From NCBI GenBank assembly GCA_963815515.1, contig CAWFGP010000001.1:586378-650377 (forward strand): a stretch of DNA of 64,000 bases, written 5' to 3'. The translations under genes were made by a program, and so were the position numbers. Source of the stretch: an uncultured Gemmatimonadales bacterium. Its GTDB lineage: Bacteria; Gemmatimonadota; Gemmatimonadetes; Gemmatimonadales; GWC2-71-9. The stretch's first letter is position 1. The number at the start of each line of letters is the position of its first letter. Positions 57,470 to 64,000 of this stretch are shown piece by piece. The notes beneath the pieces were generated by a model, which saw only the letters and a list, made by a program, of their open reading frames with translations, was not told the DNA's origin and did no database searches.

Positions 57470-57535
57470 CTCGTATCCGCGCTCGCGCGGTGGTTGCCAG
57501 GCCCTTCGGGGCAGATCTTCTGTGGAGGCTAAGGA

Positions 57536-59254
57536 ATGTTCCTGTTCCGTCTCGTGACTCTGGCCGCCGTCGGGGCCTCGGTACTGTCGCCCCTCGCGGC
57601 ACAGGGCATCCCGCGCGGCTCGCGAACCACGGCCTCGGCCGTGAACACTGCGCCGCGGTTCATGGTGGCCAATCCGTTCGCCTTCGCGGCCGCGGATTCC
57701 GCGCCGGCGGTCAAGATCGGCACCGCCCTCCGCGATGGCGTGAAGGGCATCGTCGGGCGCGACTATCAGGTCATCGAGCAGACCCAGATGAACGAAGCCC
57801 TGACGCAGTACGGCTATCCCAAGGACGCCATCCTGAGCCCGGCGCTCGCCACCACGCTCGCCAAGAACATCCAGGCGCGCTTCGTGGTGAACTCGACCCT
57901 GAACAAGGCCGAGGGCGGGCGCTATGCCGTGACCGCCAGGCTGAGCGGCGTCAGCGACGATGCGGGCAACGTCGTCACACTCACCCAGAACGCTGGCGAG
58001 ACCCCCGAGGCGTTCGGCAAGCGTCTCGCCACGGCGCTGGAGCCCGCGGTCAAGTCGCTGGCCGACGCGAAATCGTGCATCGAACAGCGCACCTCGAAGC
58101 CCGACAAGGCGGTCGATGCGGCGGCCAAAGCCCTCAAGACGCTGCCGAACCACGGGCTCGCCGAGTACTGCCTGGCGCTGGTGGCCGGGGACAAGAAGGC
58201 GCCCCGTGAAGAGGTGGTGAAGCACCTGCAGGCCTCGGCCAAGGGCGATCCGCTCAGCCTCCCGGTCTGGACCGCGCTCGCCACCCAGTACCAGGGCGCC
58301 AACGATACGGCCAACACGCTCGTGGCCTTCAAGCAAATGCTCCGGGTCGCGCCGACCAACCAGAAGCTGCGCGAGGAGCTGTTCAAGTACTTCCTGCAGT
58401 CGGGCCATCCGGAGACCGCGCTCGAGGTGGCCGACGAGGGACTCAAGCTCGATCCGTACAACGCCGACCTGTACGACCTCAAGAGCAACGCCTGCCTCTT
58501 CCTGAGCGACTTCAAGTGCGCGGTCGACGCGTTGGAGACGCTCTACGCCACCGACAGCACCAAGGCGGACACGCTGTTCTTCACCAAGATCAGCGCCGCC
58601 GCCGCCGAGGGCGAGAAGCCCGATACGGTCCGGCTGCTCAAGTGGTCCCAGGTGGGTGCCCGGAAATACCCCGACAACCTGACGCTGCTGGGCTACCTCA
58701 ACAAGGCCTACTCGCTGACCGGGCAGACCGACAGCGTGGTCGCGGTGACCAACCGGATCATGGCGAAGGACACAACGGAGGTGGTGCCAGCGCTGAACGC
58801 CGCCAAGTCGCTGATCGACGCCAAGCGGCCCAAGGAGGCCGTGCCGTTCCTCGACTTCGCCATCAAGCACGGCGATCCGCAGGCCAAGGAAAACGCCGCT
58901 GCGCTGCTCTACACGGGCGCCGCTCCGCTGCTGCAGCAGCCGCAGGACCTGCTCGGCGCGGCCGAGCTGTTGCGGATGGCGGTGGGCGCGGCCAGTCCAA
59001 CCGGCAAGGTGCAGCCGGCCTCGAACTACCTGCTCGGCCTGGCGACGCTGTTCCAGGTCCCGCAGATCGATCCCCAGGCCGAAAAGCAGAAGTCCTGCGA
59101 CCTGGCCCGTCAGGAGGAGACGCTCCTGGGCGAGGCCGAGACCGCGCTGACCGCGGGCCGCGCCGTCAATCAGGAGGCGGTCGACAAGAACCTCGGCATC
59201 ATCAAGCAGTACAAGCCGCGGGTGGCCTCGATGCTCAAGGCCTACTGCAAATAG
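57536..59254 (+). CDS. secreted lysine-rich helical-repeat (TPR-like) protein
   Basis: GGAGG Shine-Dalgarno upstream. Signal peptide MFLFRLVTLAAVGASVLSPLAAQG. Helical repeats, e.g. PETALEVADEGLKLDPYNADLYDLKSNACLFLSDFKCAVDALETL. Confidence 0.7.
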   Translation: MFLFRLVTLAAVGASVLSPLAAQGIPRGSRTTASAVNTAPRFMVANPFAFAAADSAPAVKIGTALRDGVKGIVGRDYQVIEQTQMNEALTQYGYPKDAILSPALATTLAKNIQARFVVNSTLNKAEGGRYAVTARLSGVSDDAGNVVTLTQNAGETPEAFGKRLATALEPAVKSLADAKSCIEQRTSKPDKAVDAAAKALKTLPNHGLAEYCLALVAGDKKAPREEVVKHLQASAKGDPLSLPVWTALATQYQGANDTANTLVAFKQMLRVAPTNQKLREELFKYFLQSGHPETALEVADEGLKLDPYNADLYDLKSNACLFLSDFKCAVDALETLYATDSTKADTLFFTKISAAAAEGEKPDTVRLLKWSQVGARKYPDNLTLLGYLNKAYSLTGQTDSVVAVTNRIMAKDTTEVVPALNAAKSLIDAKRPKEAVPFLDFAIKHGDPQAKENAAALLYTGAAPLLQQPQDLLGAAELLRMAVGAASPTGKVQPASNYLLGLATLFQVPQIDPQAEKQKSCDLARQEETLLGEAETALTAGRAVNQEAVDKNLGIIKQYKPRVASMLKAYCK

Positions 59255-59303
59255 GGGGTACCGTGGGGGCATCGGGCTGTCTATATTCACCCCGCCGTTG
59301 CAA

Positions 59304-59378
59304 GGGGCTGTAGCTCAGCTTGGTTAGAGTGCCGCACTGTCACTGCGGAGGTCGCGGGTTCGAGCCCCGTCAGCCCCG
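59304..59378 (+). tRNA. tRNA-Asp (anticodon GTC)
   Basis: Hand-folded. Acceptor GGGGCTG/CAGCCCC, anticodon arm CCGCA-CTGTCAC-TGCGG, T arm GCGGG-TTCGAGC-CCCGT, discriminator G. Confidence 0.9.
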
Positions 59379-59438
59379 CTCGTTGCGACTCGGCTCACTG
59401 CGATCGGGTGATCGAGTTAGGTGACCTCGAACGAGCCA

Positions 59439-59467
59439 CCCCGTCCCTGCGGACGGGGTGTTTCGTT
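59439..59467 (+). terminator. rho-independent terminator downstream of tRNA-Asp
   Basis: Perfect 8-bp GC-rich stem CCCCGTCC / GGACGGGG with loop CTGC, followed by TGTTTCGTT. Confidence 0.65.
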
Positions 59468-59488
59468 ATCCACCCCGCAGCCCCGGAC

Positions 59489-60409
59489 ATGGCCGACTCC
59501 GCCAACCCAGTCCACGTTCCGGTCCTCCTGGCCCCGGTCCTCGCCGCGGCGGCGGGAGCGAGCCGCGTGGTGGACGCGACGCTGGGCGATGGTGGCCACG
59601 CGGAAGCGCTCCGGGGCCTCGGGGCGGAGGTGCTGGGCATCGACCGTGATCCGGCCGCGATCGCCGGGAGCCGGCGGCGCCTGGGCGACGAGCGCATGCA
59701 CTACCTCCAGGCGACCTACAGCGCCCCCGTGGCGCTCGCGGCCGTGGCGGCCTTCCGCCCAGACTTCATCCTGCTGGATCTCGGCGTCTCGTCCCGGCAA
59801 CTGGACGAGGCCGATCGCGGCTTTACCTTCCGACCCAACGCACCGCTCGACATGCGGATGGGCGACACCGGCCCGACCGCGGCCGCATTCCTGAACTCGG
59901 CGGACGAGGCGGAGCTCGCGCGCGTGTTCTACGAATACGGCGACGAACGGCAATCGCGCCGCCTGGCCAGGGAGATCGTGCGGCGCCGAGCGACGCGGGC
60001 GTTCGCCGTCAGCGACGATCTCGTCAACGCCGTGCGGGCGACGCTGGGCCCGCGCGCCGGGCCGTCCGAGTTCGCGCGACTGTTCCAGGCGGTGCGGATC
60101 GCCGTCAACGACGAGCTGTCCGGCCTTGCCGTCGCCCTCCCCGCCTTCCGCGACGCCCTCACCGACGGCGGGCGGCTCGCGGTCATCACGTATCATTCGG
60201 GCGAGGACCGGCTGGTGAAGCTGGCGTTCCGGGAGTGGGTCGCGGCCTGCATTTGTCCGCCCAAGCAGCCGATGTGCACCTGCCGTGGGCACCCACTCGG
60301 CCGGCTGGTACCGCGGAAGCCGATCGTTCCCGAGCCCGGCGAAGTGGCGGCGAACCCGCGCGCGCGGAGCGCGCACCTCCGGATCTTCCAGGCAGGCGAT
60401 GCACCTTAA
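59489..60409 (+). CDS. rsmH: 16S rRNA (cytosine1402-N4)-methyltransferase RsmH/MraW
   Basis: ATG 59489, downstream of the terminator. HVPVLL, VDATLGDGGHAEAL, DLGVSSRQLDEADRGFTF, PLDMRM, RIAVNDEL and ITYHSGEDRLVK. Confidence 0.92.
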   Translation: MADSANPVHVPVLLAPVLAAAAGASRVVDATLGDGGHAEALRGLGAEVLGIDRDPAAIAGSRRRLGDERMHYLQATYSAPVALAAVAAFRPDFILLDLGVSSRQLDEADRGFTFRPNAPLDMRMGDTGPTAAAFLNSADEAELARVFYEYGDERQSRRLAREIVRRRATRAFAVSDDLVNAVRATLGPRAGPSEFARLFQAVRIAVNDELSGLAVALPAFRDALTDGGRLAVITYHSGEDRLVKLAFREWVAACICPPKQPMCTCRGHPLGRLVPRKPIVPEPGEVAANPRARSAHLRIFQAGDAP

Positions 60410-60692
60410 GGGGCGGCACTGGCTGATGCTCTGGCTCCTCGTCTCCCTCGGCGTGCTGGTGGCCATCACCACGCGCCAGACGGCGGGGTTCCGCACGGCC
60501 CGGCGTCTCCGGGATCTGCGCGAGGAGCGATTGACGCTGGAGGCGCGGCGGGGCGACCTCGAGCGCCGCATCCGCTTCGCCTCGAGCCGGCAGGTGCTGG
60601 TGCCGATCGTCGAGCGCGCGCTGGGCCTGCACGAGCCGGTGGATTCGGAGTTCGTGCTCTTCGCGGTCCCGGCCGGCCCGGAGGAGCGCTGA
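60399..60692 (+). CDS. ftsL: cell division protein FtsL-like
   Basis: 97 aa with a single TM LMLWLLVSLGVLVAI followed by the coiled coil LRDLREERLTLEARRGDLERRI, positioned between rsmH and ftsI. Confidence 0.7.
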   Translation: MHLKGRHWLMLWLLVSLGVLVAITTRQTAGFRTARRLRDLREERLTLEARRGDLERRIRFASSRQVLVPIVERALGLHEPVDSEFVLFAVPAGPEER

Positions 60693-62656
60693 TGGCCAAG
60701 CCCACCGTTCGCATCGCCGCCATCCAGTTCGGCTTCGCGCTCGGCATCCTGGCGGTGCTGACCCGGGCAGCCCAGCTCCAGATCGTGGAGGCCGAGCGCT
60801 GGGAGCACGAGGCGTCTCGGCAACGGACCGAGAAGGTGGTGCTCCCCGCCCGGCGCGGGGCGCTGTACGACCGGAACGGGACGCCGCTCGCCATCACCCA
60901 GGAGTTCTACCACGTCGGCGTGGCTCCGAACGAGCTCGAGGACATCCGGGCGGCGTTCGTGCTGCTGGTCCGGAACCTCGGAGTGTCGGCGCCGGCGCTC
61001 AATCGCGAGTTCCAGGCGCGAAAGCGGTGGATCTATCTGCACGGCCCGTTCAACGCGACGCAGGTCCAGGCGCTCCGCCAGGTGAAGGGCATTCACCTCA
61101 CGGGCGAGTTCCAGCGATTCTATCCCTCGCGCGACCTCGCGCGGCCGATCATCGGCGGGCTTGCCCCCGACCGGGCGGTCGGCGGCGCGGGACTCGAGGG
61201 AGCACTCGACTCGCTGCTCACCGGCCGCGCCGGCGAGGCGGTGCTGCTCAAGGACATCAAGGGCCGCCGCTACGACTCGCCCGGCCGGAAGACGCGCGAT
61301 CCGGTGGCCGGGAACGATGTCACGCTGACGATCGACGCGGAGCTGCAGGAGATCGCCGAGCGTGGGCTCGACGACGCCATCGCCCAGATGCACGCCGAGG
61401 GTGGCGACGTCGTCTTCCTCGACCCCAACTCGGGTGAGCTGCTGGCGCTGGCGTCCCGGCAGGCCGCGGGCGGCGGAGCGCCGAGCGCGTCGACCCTGAC
61501 CGACCCGTTCGAGCCCGGCTCGACCGCCAAGCTCTTCACCGCGGCGGCGCTGCTCATGCGCGGACGGGTCAAGCCGGCCGATGCGGTGTCCGGGGAGAAT
61601 GGCGTGTGGAACATGCCGGTGACCTCGACCGGGCGGACCCGGCGCATCACGGACGCGCACGCCCATCGCGAGATGCTCACGCTGGCGCGCGCGATCCAGG
61701 TCTCGAGCAACATCGCCATGGCGAAGTTCTCCTTGCGGCTCCGGCCCGAAGAACAGTTCGAGACCCTGCGCGACTTCGGCTTCGGCACGCCGACCAGCGC
61801 GGAGTTCCCGGGCGAATCCCGGGGGATCCTGGCGTTCCCCGATCGCTGGCAGCCGATGTACACCCGGGCCAGCATGGCGATGGGCTACGAGCTCGCGGTG
61901 ACGCCGGTGCAGCTCGCGGCGGCATATGGGGCCATCGCGAACGACGGCATCCTCCTCGCGCCCACGCTCGTGCGCGAGGTGCGGGATCCCGCGGGCAACC
62001 TGCTCTACCAGCACCATCCTGAGCCCGTGCGGCGGGTGGTCCCGTCCAGCATCGCGGCCCAGCTCCGCGAGTTCCTGCGCGAGGCAGTGGGGGCGGGGGG
62101 GACCGGCGAGATGGCCCAGCTCGCCAACTACTCCGTGCTCGGGAAGACCGGCACCGCCATCCGGTTCCGGAACGGTCACTACGTGCGCGGGGAATACACG
62201 GCCTCGTTCGCGGCCATCTTCCCCGCCGACCACCCGCAGCTCGTGGTGATCGTCAAGATCGACAACCCGCGGGGCACCTACTACGGCGGGCTCACCGCCG
62301 CGCCGGTGACGCGCACCATGCTACAACAGGCGCTCGCCTCGCGCCGGGTGGCGATCGACCGCGGCCGCCTCACCGCGCGCGACAGCGCGGGGCCGGAGGC
62401 GCCGAAGCCGCTGGCGGCGGCTCCGGCCGGGCCGCCGCCGGTGGTGGTGACGCTGCCGTATCGGGCGCCGGAGGTCAGCAGCGTTCCGCGGCCGGTGCCG
62501 GACGTCGCCGGGCGCTCGATCCGCGAGGCGGCGCTGGCGCTGCACCGGCGGGGGTTCCGGGTGAACCTGCGCGGGCTCGGGCGGGTGGTGCGGACCGTGC
62601 CGGGGGCGGGCGAGAACGCGCGGCCGGGGAGCGCGGTGCTCGTGCTGGCGGAATGA
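60692..62656 (+). CDS. ftsI: penicillin-binding protein (FtsI/PBP-type transpeptidase) with a C-terminal PASTA domain
   Basis: TM anchor and dimerisation domain RGALYDRNGTPLA. Transpeptidase motifs GSTAKLF (SxxK), SSN and KTGTA. The C-terminal VPDVAGRSIREAALALHRRGFRV is PASTA-like. Confidence 0.9.
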   Translation: MAKPTVRIAAIQFGFALGILAVLTRAAQLQIVEAERWEHEASRQRTEKVVLPARRGALYDRNGTPLAITQEFYHVGVAPNELEDIRAAFVLLVRNLGVSAPALNREFQARKRWIYLHGPFNATQVQALRQVKGIHLTGEFQRFYPSRDLARPIIGGLAPDRAVGGAGLEGALDSLLTGRAGEAVLLKDIKGRRYDSPGRKTRDPVAGNDVTLTIDAELQEIAERGLDDAIAQMHAEGGDVVFLDPNSGELLALASRQAAGGGAPSASTLTDPFEPGSTAKLFTAAALLMRGRVKPADAVSGENGVWNMPVTSTGRTRRITDAHAHREMLTLARAIQVSSNIAMAKFSLRLRPEEQFETLRDFGFGTPTSAEFPGESRGILAFPDRWQPMYTRASMAMGYELAVTPVQLAAAYGAIANDGILLAPTLVREVRDPAGNLLYQHHPEPVRRVVPSSIAAQLREFLREAVGAGGTGEMAQLANYSVLGKTGTAIRFRNGHYVRGEYTASFAAIFPADHPQLVVIVKIDNPRGTYYGGLTAAPVTRTMLQQALASRRVAIDRGRLTARDSAGPEAPKPLAAAPAGPPPVVVTLPYRAPEVSSVPRPVPDVAGRSIREAALALHRRGFRVNLRGLGRVVRTVPGAGENARPGSAVLVLAE

Positions 62657-62683
62657 GCGGAAGGAGCCGGAGCCTCCGCTAGA

Positions 62684-62749
62684 GTCACCCTGAGCACAGC
62701 GAAGGGGGCATGCCTCGACGTCCGGCTCCTTCGCTTCGCTCAGGATGAC
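62684..62749. repeat. REP-like palindromic element, copy 2 (GTCACCCTGAGCACAGCGAAGG ... CCTTCGCTTCGCTCAGGATGAC) between ftsI and murE
   Basis: 22-nt arms pair with 3 mismatches around a 22-nt loop. It shares CCTTCGCTTCGCTCAGG exactly with copy 1. The minus strand translates to the VILSEAK peptide seen in spurious ORF 62321-62779. Confidence 0.85.
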
Positions 62750-62784
62750 GACGTTCATGACTGAACCACTCAGGAGCACACTAG

Positions 62785-64000
62785 ATGGCCCTCATCTGGC
62801 CGGCGCTGCTCGACGAACTCCGCGGCCACGACCTCCTCGTCGGCGCGCCGGCGGAGGGGCCTGCGCCCAGCGCCATCGGCATGGACAGCCGTACCATCCG
62901 ACCCGGCACGCTCTACGTGGCCGTGCGCGGCTCCCAAGCCGACGGCCATCGCTTCGTGGCCGACGCGGTCCGGCGCGGAGCGAGCGCCGTGGTGGTCGAG
63001 ACCGCGCAGCAGTCGGGGGTCCCGGAGATCATCGTGCGGGACGGCCGGCGCGCCGCGCTCGCACTCGGCCAGGCCTGGTACGGCCACCCGGGCCGGCGGC
63101 TCACGCTCATCGGCGTGACGGGCACCAACGGCAAGACCACCACTACCGGCATCATCCGGCATCTGTTCAACGCGTCCCACGGCGCCGGCAGTATCGGCAC
63201 ACTGGGCGCGTTCGACGGCCATGGGCACCCGGTCGACTCGACGGCAGGCTCGCTCACCACGCCGGGGCCTATCGACCTGCAGGCCACGCTCGCCGAGCTG
63301 CTCGCGCGCGGCGGGACGCACGTCGCCATGGAGGCGTCCTCCCACAGCCTCGACCAGGGACGGTTGGACGGCCTCGCCTTCGCCGCCGGCGTCTTCACCA
63401 ACCTCACCCGCGATCATCTCGACTACCACGGCACCATGGAGTCCTACCTCGCGGCCAAGCTCAAGCTGACCACGTTGCTCTCGCTCGAGGGCGTCGAGGT
63501 GGTCAACCTCGACGACGATGCGTGGCGCGTGTTGCCGGCACGGGCGCCGCGGGTGAGCTTCGGGGTGCACCCGGCCGCCGACGTGCGGGCCTCGGGTGTC
63601 GTGCTCGATGCGACCGGCAGCCGCTTCCACCTCGAGGGCCGCTTCGGACGGGCCGAGGCCTCGCTCCCGCTGCTCGGCGACTTCAACGTGAGCAATGCGC
63701 TGGCGGCCGTCGCCTGCGCCCTGGGCCTGGGCAGGCCGCTCGACGAAGTGGTGGGCCGGCTCGCCGCGGTGCCGCAGGTGCCTGGACGGATGGAGCGGAT
63801 CGCGGACGCGCCCTGCATCGTGCTCCGCGACTACGCGCACACGCCGGACGCGCTGGAGCGCGCCCTCGCCACGCTCCGTCCGCTCACGGCTGGACGGATC
63901 ATCGTCGTGTTCGGCTGCGGCGGCGACCGCGACCGCGGGAAGCGCCCGATCATGGGCCGGATCGCCGCCGAGGGCGCCGACCTGGCGATCGCGACCTCGG
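62785..64000 (+). CDS. murE: UDP-N-acetylmuramoyl-L-alanyl-D-glutamate--2,6-diaminopimelate ligase, 5' part (runs off the right edge)
   Basis: Not in the ORF track because there is no stop. My translation from ATG 62785 gives MDSRTIRPGTLYVAVRGSQADGHRF, LTLIGVTGTNGKTTTT, MEASSHSLDQGRL, FTNLTRDHLDYHG, and DYAHTPDAL near the end. Confidence 0.9.
   Translation, partial: MALIWPALLDELRGHDLLVGAPAEGPAPSAIGMDSRTIRPGTLYVAVRGSQADGHRFVADAVRRGASAVVVETAQQSGVPEIIVRDGRRAALALGQAWYGHPGRRLTLIGVTGTNGKTTTTGIIRHLFNASHGAGSIGTLGAFDGHGHPVDSTAGSLTTPGPIDLQATLAELLARGGTHVAMEASSHSLDQGRLDGLAFAAGVFTNLTRDHLDYHGTMESYLAAKLKLTTLLSLEGVEVVNLDDDAWRVLPARAPRVSFGVHPAADVRASGVVLDATGSRFHLEGRFGRAEASLPLLGDFNVSNALAAVACALGLGRPLDEVVGRLAAVPQVPGRMERIADAPCIVLRDYAHTPDALERALATLRPLTAGRIIVVFGCGGDRDRGKRPIMGRIAAEGADLAIATS

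Noticed and set aside
57395-59467. Genomic island or integrated element at the tRNA genes
   Set aside because: No integrase or recombinase. I could find no direct repeat of a tRNA 3' end. Only one ordinary-looking secreted protein gene lies between the tRNAs.
59379-59488. Expected mraZ upstream of rsmH
   Set aside because: Only about 110 nt are available, occupied by a terminator hairpin. No ORF with an MraZ-like sequence is present, so mraZ is simply absent from this locus.
59417-62233. 938-aa minus-strand ORF opposite rsmH-ftsL-ftsI, and the similar 635-aa ORF at 57383-59290 that also runs through both tRNAs
   Set aside because: Antisense to motif-supported genes and crossing tRNA genes and a terminator. 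Composition is typical of non-coding GC-rich frames.

Overview
A 64 kb, very GC-rich (roughly 70% by eye, not computed) and gene-dense bacterial chromosomal segment. I found no rRNA, CRISPR array, transposase, integrase or phage genes. Many neighbouring genes overlap by 1-8 nt (ATGA/GTGA), so most of the window consists of long translationally coupled operons. The lineage cannot be assigned from sequence alone; the gene content fits a Gram-negative, Gemmatimonadota- or Myxococcota-like organism. Left to right: (1) a minus-strand biosynthetic cluster of an AsnB-like protein (partial), epimerase, methyltransferase, GlpD-like flavoprotein and an HxH hydrolase-like protein. (2) Two-component genes, including a hybrid histidine kinase whose membrane domain matches the plant ETR1 ethylene-binding domain. 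(3) A metallophosphoesterase, a beta-propeller protein and a Ser/Thr kinase. (4) A coupled operon of DUF4956 membrane protein, Ser/Thr kinase-TPR, CYTH-polyphosphate kinase 1 fusion and an Omp85-like barrel. (5) A response regulator and a GAF/PAS hybrid kinase. (6) Housekeeping genes tilS-hpt-ftsH-folP-cdaA-DUF2723 and yggS-PNP-ileS-dksA-lspA-rluD-cheW, where ileS is split by a 1-nt frameshift. (7) A 271-nt spacer made almost entirely of tandem repeats plus a REP-like hairpin. (8) A 17-gene chemosensory operon (cheY-A-C ... cheR-D-B-W-W) with no receptor gene. It carries an internal block of TPR proteins, two PATAN/DUF4388-TPR paralogues, three Roadblock/LC7 proteins, an MglA-type small GTPase and a protein made of two tandem DnaA-like AAA+ modules. 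(9) An HEXXH peptidase-like gene, tRNA-Val, a secreted repeat protein and tRNA-Asp. (10) The start of the dcw cluster (rsmH-ftsL-ftsI-murE). The best candidate for an undescribed system is the Che + MglA/Roadblock/PATAN + double-DnaA-like operon; the CYTH-PPK1/DUF4956/kinase operon is second. All family calls rest on motifs read by eye from the ORF track or my own translation. No database search was run.
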